Source: Eledone cirrhosa (taxonomy: Eukaryota). Taken from it: a stretch of 64,000 nucleotides of DNA. Made by a program: the position numbers and the translations under genes. The stretch spans positions 157,728,001 through 157,792,000 of the forward strand of contig OZ024741.1 of the NCBI GenBank assembly GCA_964016885.1. The letters are read 5' to 3'. Under the pieces are notes generated by a model. The model saw only the letters and a program-made list of their open reading frames with translations, did not search any database and was not told the DNA's origin. Positions 1-10,134 of this stretch are shown here, in pieces. Each line of letters starts with the position of its first letter. Position 1 is the stretch's first letter.

Positions 1-765
1 AACACTTTCCGTTACCTAGGTGACAAAATCAGCAGTGGGGGGGGGGGGGGGTGTTCTGAAAGTACAACAGCCTGAGTAAGAACAGGATGGAAAAGGTTCA
101 GAGAGCTAATACTGCTGTTGGCCACAAAAGGTTTCTCTCTAAAAATGTAAGGCAGATTGTATGATGCTTATATACGAACATCAATGTTACATGGTAGTGA
201 GACCTGGGCATTGTGTGCAGAGGATCTGCACAGATTGGAAAGAAACGAAGCATGCATACTCTGATGGATGTGTAATAGTAGTATAAACAAACAGCAAAAC
301 ATAAATGAACTGAGAAATTGGGCATAAGAGGGATCAGATGCAGTTTTCTAGAGAGGAGATTGCGTTGGTCTGGTCATGTGATGTGTATGAAGGATGACAG
401 TGGTATAAAAAAGTGTAGGGCGATCAAAATTGGTGGAAGCTACAGAGTAGGTAGTCCCAGAAAGACCTGAGATGAGGTGATAAAAGCTGACCTTGCACAC
501 TTGAATGTCTTTAAGACAATAACACAGGATTGAGATGTTTGGTGCTATGCAGTAATAAAGAAGCCCCACCTTGTAGGCACCTCTTGATCCAATATAAACT
601 CCACACCCCACACCACCCTTACTCTCTAAAGTGGTCGTACAGGTGTCACAACAAAAAGCACCCAGTCCACACTGTAAAGTAATCGTGTAGGAGACACGGC
701 AAAAAGCACCGAGCACACACTGTAAATGTGGTTGGTGCTAGGAACGGCATCCAGCCAGAAACCTG
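1..765 (+). mobile_element. Degenerate RTE LINE 3' fragment with 3' UTR
   Basis: Homologous to 7300-8060 (YLGDKISS, MLHGSETW, WYGHVM), with stops and frameshifts. Confidence 0.85.
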
Positions 766-1729
766 TCTATTCTAAAGTTTCTCCCTTGTGGTTATTCTGA
801 CAATCCTGTAACCATGCAAGAGAAACTTTGGAATATCAGGCCACTAACTCCACCTTAATAAAACTGTATTTCTTTGTTTGTGTAAAAGTTGATGTGGTGT
901 AATAAAATATTTGTGTTAATGCTACATTTTAACAATGTAAAAACAAGATGTATAAACTTCAGATATAAAATGTCTTTCTCAAGACATTTTATTGAGAGCA
1001 CTAAATCCAATTAAGACGTTGAGTTTCAAAGTTATTGGAGCGTTATGTCTAAATATTTCTTCCAGCCCACTGTGCTCTGAGTTCAAACCCTGTCAAGGTT
1101 GACTTTACTTTTCATCTTTTCAAGATCTATGAAAAATATACCAGACTAGTACCAGGGTCAATTCTTTCTTTCTCTATCTATCTTACTATGGCAGAAACCA
1201 ACAGTATTCAGATCTGGAGAGTGATGGGGGTTTACCAGGTTTAAAATGTGTAAGACACACTGTGTCAGGATGGCACCATTATGACTCCATTACGAGTTAA
1301 ATGCCTTTCTTCCTCCTTTTAAATCCAATAGGATTTGCAATTGAAATTCTAATCTCACAAAGTGGTTAATGTCTTTATCTTTATTTTTTTAACATTTTTA
1401 ATAACCACTTTAAGAATTTAGATTGCATAGAGTATAGATATTTTTATCAACATTTTAATGAATTATTTTTTAAAAAAATTTGAAAATAATTTTGAGACAT
1501 TGATGAGAAAATATTTCTTGAGATATAATCCTTTTCTTTTTTTTTATTAGTTTGTTTCCTATGATTTTTCTTCTGTCTTTCTCAATCTTCTATAATCATT
1601 AGTTAGCCTTTTCTGTAAATTTTGCTGCAAGCTATGGTGTGATTTTAATATCCCCTGAATTTCATACACACACACACATGAAGGTATTTTAGCTATAATC
1701 ATACATAGAAGCAATCAAACATATAACAA

Positions 1730-1980
1730 CTCGTGGCCAACTGGTTAGGGTTTTAGACTCGCAAATATGTCACAGGTTCAATTCCTAGATCAGGACCTCC
1801 TATCATTGAAACATTTGAGAAGCCACTTCTAAGATACAACCTCGTCACAGGCCAGCTAAACCTACATATGTTTGAGCTATGATAACATGATACAACTGAT
1901 GGACTCTGTAATTAAAACACTTAAGATATAACCTAATAGGCCAGCTAAACCTGCATAACTGTGAGCTATAAATTTCATTT
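1730..1980 (+). mobile_element. tRNA-headed SINE-like repeat (body tatcattaaaac...agccagctaaacctacataggtgtgagct); related copies ~14790-15050, 23590-23820, 27715-27930
   Basis: A/B-box-like tggccaactgg...ggttcaattcc plus a body that recurs in the window. Confidence 0.55.
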
Positions 1981-2032
1981 TATTTTTTCAAGCTCTTATA
2001 TAACTTCAATACTTCCAGTATTAAACCATTGT

Positions 2033-2086
<54 letters not shown>

Positions 2087-2475
2087 AGTTTTAGATATAT
2101 TTTAACCCTCCCATTACCATATTTCTAATAAAAGACACTGTCTATGGCTTTTTAATACTTTTGAAAATTATCAAGAATTTTGAAGGATTTAGTAATATGA
2201 CTTTTTCATAACTTAGCTGGCATTTGGAATGAATATTCTTAGATGGAAGCATGATGATAAATATAAACATTTTAAAATAAGCAGTTTTGTATATAGAACC
2301 AGGGGTGGGTTCAGGTGGTTTAGTATCAAATGGGTTACCTGAATGAACACTCAATGCATAAAAAAGAGAATAGATTTTCTTTTCTTTTTTTTAAAGAAAA
2401 AAAAATGTGGCAGTTGAAATATTCTTTTGACCTTCAACGTGAGTGTCCTATTTTTCTTGCCCTTTCTCTCTCTTA

Positions 2476-2514
<39 letters not shown>

Positions 2515-2619
2515 GTAGTTGACAGATGAGAGAAGAAAGTACTCAATACCGAAGTAGTTTCTCAGATGATCCTGCGAATGCACAGGTGAAACTTCAGAGT
2601 AACGAGCCATAATAAATGA

Positions 2620-2672
<53 letters not shown>

Positions 2673-2726
2673 CAGGGTAAAGTAGACATAAAATGATGAT
2701 GATGATATATATATATATATATATAT

Positions 2727-3580
2727 AGCGTTAAATTTTCCCTGCTGTATTAGCGATAAATTTTCGAGGGTTTCTCTTAGTAGCTTTTTCATGTCGTTAA
2801 TATTATGATGTTCCCTGCTGTATTAGCGTTAAATTTTCCCTGCTGTATTAGCGATAAATTTTCGAGGGTTTCTCTTAGTAGCTTTTTCATGTCGTTAATA
2901 TTATGATGTTCCCTGCTGTATTAGCGTTAAATTTTCCCTGCTGTATTAGCGATAAATTTTCGAGGGTTTCTCTTAGTAGCTTTTTCATGTCGTTAATATT
3001 ATGATGTTCCCTGCTGTATTAGCGTTAAATTTTCCCTGCTGTATTAGCGATAAATTTTCGAGGGTTTCTCTTAGTAGCTTTTTCATGTCGTTAATATTAT
3101 GATGTTCCCTGCTGTATTAGCGTTAAATTTTCCCTGCTGTATTAGCGATAAATTTTCGAGGGTTTCTCTTAGTAGCTTTTTCATGTCGTTAATATTATGA
3201 TGTTCCCTGCTGTATTAGCGTTAAATTTTCCCTGCTGTATTAGCGATAAATTTTCGAGGGTTTCTCTTAGTAGCTTTTTCATGTCGTTAATATTATGATG
3301 TTCCCTGCTGTATTAGCGTTAAATTTTCCCTGCTGTATTAGCGATAAATTTTCGAGGGTTTCTCTTAGTAGCTTTTTCATGTCGTTAATATTATGATGTT
3401 CCCTGCTGTATTAGCGTTAAATTTTCCCTGCTGTATTAGCGATAAATTTTCGAGGGTTTCTCTTAGTAGCTTTTTCATGTCGTTAATATTATGATGTTCC
3501 CTGCTGTATTAGCGTTAAATTTTCCCTGCTGTATTAGCGATAAATTTTCGAGGGTTTCTCTTAGTAGCTTTTTTCATGAC
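2727..3580. repeat. Tandem array, 98-bp unit, ~8.7 essentially identical copies, with an internal ~25-bp subrepeat (ttccctgctgtattagcgWtaaattt)
   Basis: gcgataaa recurs at 2753, 2851, 2949 ... 3537. Confidence 0.97.
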
Positions 3581-3586
3581 GTTATT

Positions 3587-4516
3587 ATTGTTAATTTTAC
3601 TGATGTAGTATTAACTTGGATATTTACCATGCGACCCTCAGTTCCTACATTGTTAATTTTACTGATGTAGTATTAACTTGGATATTTACCATGCGACCCT
3701 CAGTTCCTACATTGTTAATTTTACTGATGTAGTATTAACTTGGATATTTACCATGCGACCCTCAGTTCCTACATTGTTAATTTTACTGATGTAGTATTAA
3801 CTTGGATATTTACCATGCGACCCTCAGTTCCTACATTGTTAATTTTACTGATGTAGTATTAACTTGGATATTTACCATGCGACCCTCAGTTCCTACATTG
3901 TTAATTTTACTGATGTAGTATTAACTTGGATATTTACCATGCGACCCTCAGTTCCTACATTGTTAATTTTACTGATGTAGTATTAACTTGGATATTTACC
4001 ATGCGACCCTCAGTTCCTACATTGTTAATTTTACTGATGTAGTATTAACTTGGATATTTACCATGCGACCCTCAGTTCCTACATTGTTAATTTTACTGAT
4101 GTAGTATTAACTTGGATATTTACCATGCGACCCTCAGTTCCTACATTGTTAATTTTACTGATGTAGTATTAACTTGGATATTTACCATGCGACCCTCAGT
4201 TCCTACATTGTTAATTTTACTGATGTAGTATTAACTTGGATATTTACCATGCGACCCTCAGTTCCTACATTGTTAATTTTACTGATGTAGTATTAACTTG
4301 GATATTTACCATGCGACCCTCAGTTCCTACATTGTTAATTTTACTGATGTAGTATTAACTTGGATATTTACCATGCGACCCTCAGTTCCTACATTGTTAA
4401 TTTTACTGATGTAGTATTAACTTGGATATTTACCATGCGACCCTCAGTTCCTACATTGTTAATTTTACTGATGTAGTATTAACTTGGATATTTACCATGC
4501 GACCCTCAGTTCCTAC
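3587..4516. repeat. Tandem array, 62-bp unit, 15 identical copies
   Basis: tgatgtagta recurs at 3601, 3663 ... 4469. Confidence 0.97.
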
Positions 4517-4760
4517 CTCACAATTTCCCTCCCCCCCACCCCCACACACCACCATAGTCTATTCGACCAATCAAACCTAGCATGCCATTTCCACTGCTGC
4601 TGCTGCTACTACCTGCCTAACTAACTCTCTCCTCCTCTGGCGCATCCCAACACACCCTGCCATTACCCCACCACCACTGTCCTTCTAGCCCTCAATTTTC
4701 CCACCGTTAGGGATGGATGAGCTGGGAATACACGAGCAACTCTGAATCAATAGATGAAAT

Positions 4761-7700
4761 ATGAATCTGCGAGCTACCAAGCACCCACGTGAAGCGCCAA
4801 CCCAGAGACCCTCCCCTACGAGTGTCGACAAATGCCCAAAACTCCGAGTTGGTACCATCAATGTAGGCTCAATGAAAGGAAGAGCAGGAGAAATCGTAGA
4901 AATGCTAGAGCGAAAGGAAGTTGATGTATGCTGTGTGCAAGAGACTAGATGGAGAGGAGGGTCTGCTAGAGTCCTTGTAGGAAAAAGCCAGTGCTACAAA
5001 TTTTTCTGGGTGGGAAATGACGATGGGATGGGTGGTGTAGGTATACTATTAGCTGACAAGTGGGTAGATAAAGTAATCTCAGTGTACAGGGTAAATGCAA
5101 GAATCATTAAACTCAGACTAGTCCTGAATAAGACAATTACCACAATAATATCAGCTTACGCACCCCAATCGGGGCTGCCAGACGAACTTAAGGATAGGTT
5201 CTACGAGTCCCTAATACACACTACTGCTCTAACAGACGACAAGGACTTCCTAATCATTGCAGGAGATTTTAACGGACACGTAGGTAAACACTGCGACGGC
5301 TTCAATAGAGTACATGGAGGCCATGGAGTTGGCACAAGGAATGAGGAAGGATTCAGACTTCTAGAATTCTGCGACGCCAATGACATGTCGATATGTAACA
5401 CAAACTTTAAAAAACCCGACAACCACCTGATCACCTATAGATCAGGGGAGCACTCTAGTCAGTTAGATTTTATCCTCATCAGAGGACGTGACAGATGGAC
5501 GGTCGTAAACACAAAAGCCTTCCCTAGTGAGGAATGTACATCCCAACATAGCTTAGTTGTCAGCGACCTCACGGTCAGAACTAGACGAGCCCTGAAACAG
5601 AGGCCAACCTGGAGAAGAAAGATCTGGAAGCTGAAAGTCCCCTCAACCAGTAACAGATTTAAAGATATTTTACTCAACGCCTACGACAGTAAAGAAGAAC
5701 AGATAGAGACATTTAACGTAGAAGAGAACTGGGAGTTCCTAAAAAATAACTTACTAGAGGCGACGGATGAGGTTTGTGGCTGGAGTAAGACCTCAAGCAG
5801 GAGGAGAGTGACTTGGTGGTGGAACAATAAGGTAGATGAAGCAGTCAAGGCCAAGAGACAGGCATGGAAAGAATGGAAGAACGGGGGGAGCAGGGTACAT
5901 TACATAGAGACCAAGAGGGAAGCTAGGCGACAAGTATACTTAGCTAGGAGGGAAGCAGAGGATAGAAAATTCAAGCATGTTTTACAACGTGAGGACCAGA
6001 AACAGGAGGTATTCAAGATTGCGAGGCAGTGTGTCAGAGATAGTTGTGATGTCATTGGAGAGAAGTGTATCCGGAATGATAAAGGTGAGCTTGCCCTCAC
6101 AAGTGCTGAGAAGAAAGATGCATGGAAGAGTCATTATGATAGATTACTAAATGAGGAGAATGCATGGGAAGAAGAGACCCTACCCCACGTAGACCCTATA
6201 GAGGGACCAGCAGTACAAGTCAGCGGCAGCGTAGTAAGTAAGGCAATCAGAGATATGAAGATAGGGAAGGCAACCGGTCCATCGGGTATAGCTGCCGAGA
6301 TGCTGAAGGCATCTGGGTCTGTAGGTCACACTATAACCACACGTATCGTTAACCAGGTAATACTAGAGGGGGCCATACCAAAAGATTGGTGCAGTAGCAT
6401 CATTGTCAACTGCTACAAAGGTAAAGGCGATGCACTAGATAGAGGAAACTATAGTGGTATAAAGTTGATGGACCAGGTCATGAAAGTAACAGAAAGAGTT
6501 ATAGCACAGCTGATTAGGGACCGGGTGAATATAGACGAGATGCAATTTGGGTTTGTTCCAGGGAAAGGCACCACTGATGCGCTCTTCCTTGTGAGGCAAT
6601 TACAGGAAAAGTACCTAGCTAAAAGTAAGCCACTCTACTTGGCATTTGTCGACCTTGAGAAAGCCTTTGACAGAGTTCCACGTGCAGTAATCTGGTGGGC
6701 TCTTAGAAAACTAGGAGTAGATGAATGGCTTGTGAAAGCGGTACAAGCCATGTATAGGGGAGCAGTCAGCAAAGTTAGGATTGGCAATGAGTATAGCGAG
6801 GAATTTAGCGTACAGGTTGGGGTCCACCAGGGCTCTGTTCTTAGCCCTCTCCTGTTCATCATAGTCCTGCAGGCAATAACGGAGGAGTTTAAGACCGGAT
6901 GCCCATGGAAACTCCTGTATGCTGATGACCTCGCACTCATAGCTGAATCTATGGTAGAACTAGAGAATAAATTCCAAACCTGGAAGCAGGGACTAGAGAG
7001 AAAGGGCCTCAAAGTCAACATGACAAAGACTAAGGTCCTTATAAGTAGACGAGAAAACAGAACCCAGATCCCCTCAGGGAAATGGCCTTGCTCAGTATGT
7101 AGGAAAGGTGTAGGTAGGAACTCCATTCTTTGCCCCAAATGCAAACAATGGGTACACAAGAGATGTAGCGGGATCTCAGGAAGCTTAATTAAGAATGTAG
7201 GATTCACATGCAGCAGCTGTGCTGAAACAGCAAGCAAACAGCCACAGGAAACAAGTACCACCAATCTCTGGGAGGGCCCTGTAGAAACAGTAGACAGCTT
7301 CTGCTACCTAGGTGACCGAATTAGCAACGGAGGTGGGTGCTCAGAAAGTACAATAACTAGGGTAAGAACGGGATGGAAGAAGTTTAGGGAACTACTACCA
7401 CTGCTAGCTGCAAAAGGCTTCTCCCTCAGAATGAAAGGCAGACTGTATGATGCGTGTATCCGAACAGCGATGTTGCATGGTAGTGAGACCTGGGCGCTGA
7501 AGGTGGAAGACTTACGTAGATTAGAGAGAAACGAAGCCTGCATGCTCCGATGGATGTGTAACAGTAATATACGTGAACGACAAAGCATAAATGAATTGAG
7601 AGAGAGACTGAGCATAAGAGGAATCAAATGCTGCGTGCAGGAGAGGCGGTTACGCTGGTATGGACATGTGATGCGTATGAAGGATGACAGCTGCATAAAA

Positions 7701-7880
7701 AGGTGCAGAGCACTAGAAGTTGATGGAAACCGCGGAGTGGGGAGACCCAAGATGACTTGGGATGAGGTGATAAAAGCCGACCTTACCCAACTACACCTCT
7801 CAAAGTCAATGACACACGACCGTGACTTCTGGCGTCACGCAGTAATACAGGGTACCCGACCTCCCATGGGTACATGCTGA
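4761..7880 (+). CDS. RTE ORF, 1039 aa: APE endonuclease + reverse transcriptase with embedded PHD finger
   Basis: EN motifs VQETRW, YAPQ, GDFNGH, QLDF; RT motifs QFGF, FVDLEKAFDRV, GVHQGSVLSP, YADD, YLG; RTE C-terminus RLRWYGHV...GRP..TW. Confidence 0.96.
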   Translation: MNLRATKHPREAPTQRPSPTSVDKCPKLRVGTINVGSMKGRAGEIVEMLERKEVDVCCVQETRWRGGSARVLVGKSQCYKFFWVGNDDGMGGVGILLADKWVDKVISVYRVNARIIKLRLVLNKTITTIISAYAPQSGLPDELKDRFYESLIHTTALTDDKDFLIIAGDFNGHVGKHCDGFNRVHGGHGVGTRNEEGFRLLEFCDANDMSICNTNFKKPDNHLITYRSGEHSSQLDFILIRGRDRWTVVNTKAFPSEECTSQHSLVVSDLTVRTRRALKQRPTWRRKIWKLKVPSTSNRFKDILLNAYDSKEEQIETFNVEENWEFLKNNLLEATDEVCGWSKTSSRRRVTWWWNNKVDEAVKAKRQAWKEWKNGGSRVHYIETKREARRQVYLARREAEDRKFKHVLQREDQKQEVFKIARQCVRDSCDVIGEKCIRNDKGELALTSAEKKDAWKSHYDRLLNEENAWEEETLPHVDPIEGPAVQVSGSVVSKAIRDMKIGKATGPSGIAAEMLKASGSVGHTITTRIVNQVILEGAIPKDWCSSIIVNCYKGKGDALDRGNYSGIKLMDQVMKVTERVIAQLIRDRVNIDEMQFGFVPGKGTTDALFLVRQLQEKYLAKSKPLYLAFVDLEKAFDRVPRAVIWWALRKLGVDEWLVKAVQAMYRGAVSKVRIGNEYSEEFSVQVGVHQGSVLSPLLFIIVLQAITEEFKTGCPWKLLYADDLALIAESMVELENKFQTWKQGLERKGLKVNMTKTKVLISRRENRTQIPSGKWPCSVCRKGVGRNSILCPKCKQWVHKRCSGISGSLIKNVGFTCSSCAETASKQPQETSTTNLWEGPVETVDSFCYLGDRISNGGGCSESTITRVRTGWKKFRELLPLLAAKGFSLRMKGRLYDACIRTAMLHGSETWALKVEDLRRLERNEACMLRWMCNSNIRERQSINELRERLSIRGIKCCVQERRLRWYGHVMRMKDDSCIKRCRALEVDGNRGVGRPKMTWDEVIKADLTQLHLSKSMTHDRDFWRHAVIQGTRPPMGTC

Positions 7881-8206
7881 AGCATATAAACAATATGCCC
7901 CCCCCCCCCCCCCCACCGCAAGGTGGTCGTGGAGGTGCCACGGCAAAAAAGCACCCAGCCCACACTGTAAAGTGGACGTGTAGGCGCCACGAAAAAGCAC
8001 CCAGCACTCACTGTAAATGAGGTTGGTGTTAGGAAGGGCATCCAGCTGTAGAAATCAAGCCAGATCAGTTCCTGTATGAGCAAGGCATGGTCAGCCGACC
8101 AGACACTGCCCACAACAGGACAACCCGTCTAATCCATGCTAGCGTGGAAGAACGGACGTAAAACGGTGATGATGATGATGATGATGATATATATATATAT
8201 ATATTC

Positions 8207-8816
8207 ATTCATTAGTTAAGCAAAACAAGACTACAAATTTCACAAGGAAGACATTATTTAAAGATTGTCAACATAGTTGTAGTTTAATGTAAGGAATGTA
8301 AATAATAATAATATATGGAACATTACATTCATGTAACCATCTTTCTTTACCTTAATTTATATTCATTATCAATATTTTCATTATCTCTTTTGAAGTTCCG
8401 ATGAACTGCTCCATTTTTACCTAAGTTAATTATCTGAACCAGATCAATAATTGTTTCTACTTTAGGCACAAGGCCAGCAATTACCCAGTGCATTACTGGT
8501 ACTTTATTTTATCGACCCCCGTAAGGATGAAAGGCAAAGTCAACCTCGGTGGGATTTGAACTCAGATCGTAAAGGGACGTAACTATGCTGGAAAGCATGG
8601 CGTCCGACCCTCTACCGATACTGCCAATCCAATGATCTATAATCATTTGATCCAGAAACATTAAATGGAGTAGCGAAACAATTGTAAATGGACATTATTA
8701 GTATTATTATTATTATTCTTTACATTCCTTAAATTAAACTACAACTATGTTGACAATCTTTAAATAATGTCTTCCTTGTGAAATTTGTGGTCTTATTTTG
8801 CTTAACTAATGAATAT
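8207..8816. mobile_element. Foldback/MITE-like element with ~105-bp inverted ends and a nested SINE
   Basis: 8207-8312 is the near-perfect reverse complement of 8705-8816. Confidence 0.75.
8450..8631 (-). mobile_element. tRNA-derived SINE with MetaSINE-like central domain (gcctttcatcct...ggggtcgataaaataaagtacc)
   Basis: Near-identical copies at 25782-25967, 36307-36525, 37465-37651; older copies near 1030, 40880, 46560, 46750. Family assignment is from memory. Confidence 0.75.
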
Positions 8817-8991
8817 TTCCAGCTCTGTGCACCTAACCTCTGCATGAACCCAGCCACCTAGCTGCCTTCCACTGCATATTGCACATTGAGCACATGCCTT
8901 TACGCTTTTGGCTTCTAACTAATTCACCAATCTCTCTTCTCCTCTACTATCTCCATCGCTCTCTTTAAGATTGGTTTACTCTTGAACTGTG

Positions 8992-9028
<37 letters not shown>

Positions 9029-9039
9029 GAGAAGTATCA

Positions 9040-9620
9040 AATGTTATGTGCAGAAGAGGAGATTGCATTGGCATGGACATGTGATGCATATAAAGGAGAA
9101 CATCTATCTAAAAAAGTGCTGACCGATCAAAATTAATGGAAGCTACAGAATGGGTAGATTGAGAAAAACCTGACCTTGCTCACTTACACCTCTCTAAGAC
9201 AATGTCACTGGATCGAGATCTTTGGCGCTAATCAGTTATACAGAAAACCCGCCTTCCCTTACATACAAACTTAAACCTACAGTCAGTAGCCACTTCTTAA
9301 CCCAATATACACCCCACCCCATACCCCTACTCCATCCTCCCACTTCCGTCCACTGTAAAGTGGTCATGTAGGTGACATGACAAAAAGCACCCAGACCACA
9401 CTGTAAAGTGGTCATGCAGGATACATGGTAAAAAGGCTCCCAGTCCACACTGTAAATGTGGTTGGTGTTAGGGAGGGCATCTAGCCAGAGAAAACCTGCC
9501 AGAAACAGTTCTGTATGAGCAAGACACGGTCACCCGACCAATCTTGCCTCAAGTGGGACAAACCCGTCCAACCCATGCTGGTGTGGAAGATGGACATTAA
9601 ACAATGATGATGATGATGAT
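9040..9620 (+). mobile_element. RTE 3' fragment with 3' UTR and (GAT)n tail
   Basis: Homology to 16600-17220. Confidence 0.85.
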
Positions 9621-9649
9621 TATATATATACATATATATATATATATAT

Positions 9650-9753
9650 GAAAATGTTTAACCCCGACGGCAGAGCTCAGGCCATTTCGACAGCTATTTT
9701 GAAAAATAGCCGTCGAAACGGCCTGAGCTCTGCCGTCGGGGTTAAACATTTTC
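9650..9753. repeat. ~104-bp near-perfect palindrome
   Basis: gaaaatgtttaaccccgacggcagagctcaggcc...ggcctgagctctgccgtcggggttaaacattttc. Confidence 0.9.
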
Positions 9754-9853
9754 CTATTACCCGCTCTACTGCCCTAAGTGTTGAGTACTTTGGTGTGTTA
9801 TGGTCCATCTGGTTCCTTACCACACTTCCTTCGTTATATATATATATATATAA

Positions 9854-10065
9854 TTAATTATGTAATAAACAACATAAGACAATTATTCCATTTACCAAAG
9901 GTTTCACGAAGACAGACAAGCTCAATAGAGATGTCTGGAATCGCACATCAGAATGAAAATTTAATCATTGATGAGCGGTTTCAGACGTCTCTGGTGAGCT
10001 CGTCTGTCTTCGTGAAACCTTTGGTAAATGGAATAAGTGTCTCATGTTGTTTATTACATAATTAA
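9854..10065. repeat. ~210-bp imperfect palindrome
   Basis: ttaattatgtaataaacaaca...ccaaaggtttcacgaagacagac is mirrored by gtctgtcttcgtgaaacctttgg...tgttgtttattacataattaa. Confidence 0.9.
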
Positions 10066-10134
10066 ATAGCTTTGTAGCACACATAGAGTACTCTCCTTTC
10101 CTTTACCTATATATATATATATATATATATACTT

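Larger units (their letters stand above)
2727..8188 (+). mobile_element. Putative full-length RTE-clade LINE: tandem-array 5' leader, single ORF, 3' UTR, (GAT)n tail
   Basis: Bounded by (TA)n on both sides; (GAT)n tail 8168-8188. Inclusion of the arrays in the element is inferred. Confidence 0.75.

Noticed and set aside
2727-4516. CRISPR-like interpretation of the arrays next to an RT
   Set aside because: Units are identical end to end with no variable spacers; no cas genes; eukaryotic context
2727-4516. Arrays as a hidden repetitive ORF
   Set aside because: Unit lengths 98 and 62 are not multiples of 3, units contain stops on both strands, and the ORF track shows nothing
5201-7750. Antisense ORFs over the RTE (also 43602-44327 and + strand ORFs in 55086-56396)
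   Set aside because: Shadows of a coding or GC-rich strand with no recognisable motifs
9658-9745. piggyBac MITE call (TTAA-CCCC...GGGG-TTAA)
   Set aside because: The palindrome extends 8 bp beyond the TTAA on both sides, so TTAA is unlikely to be a TSD
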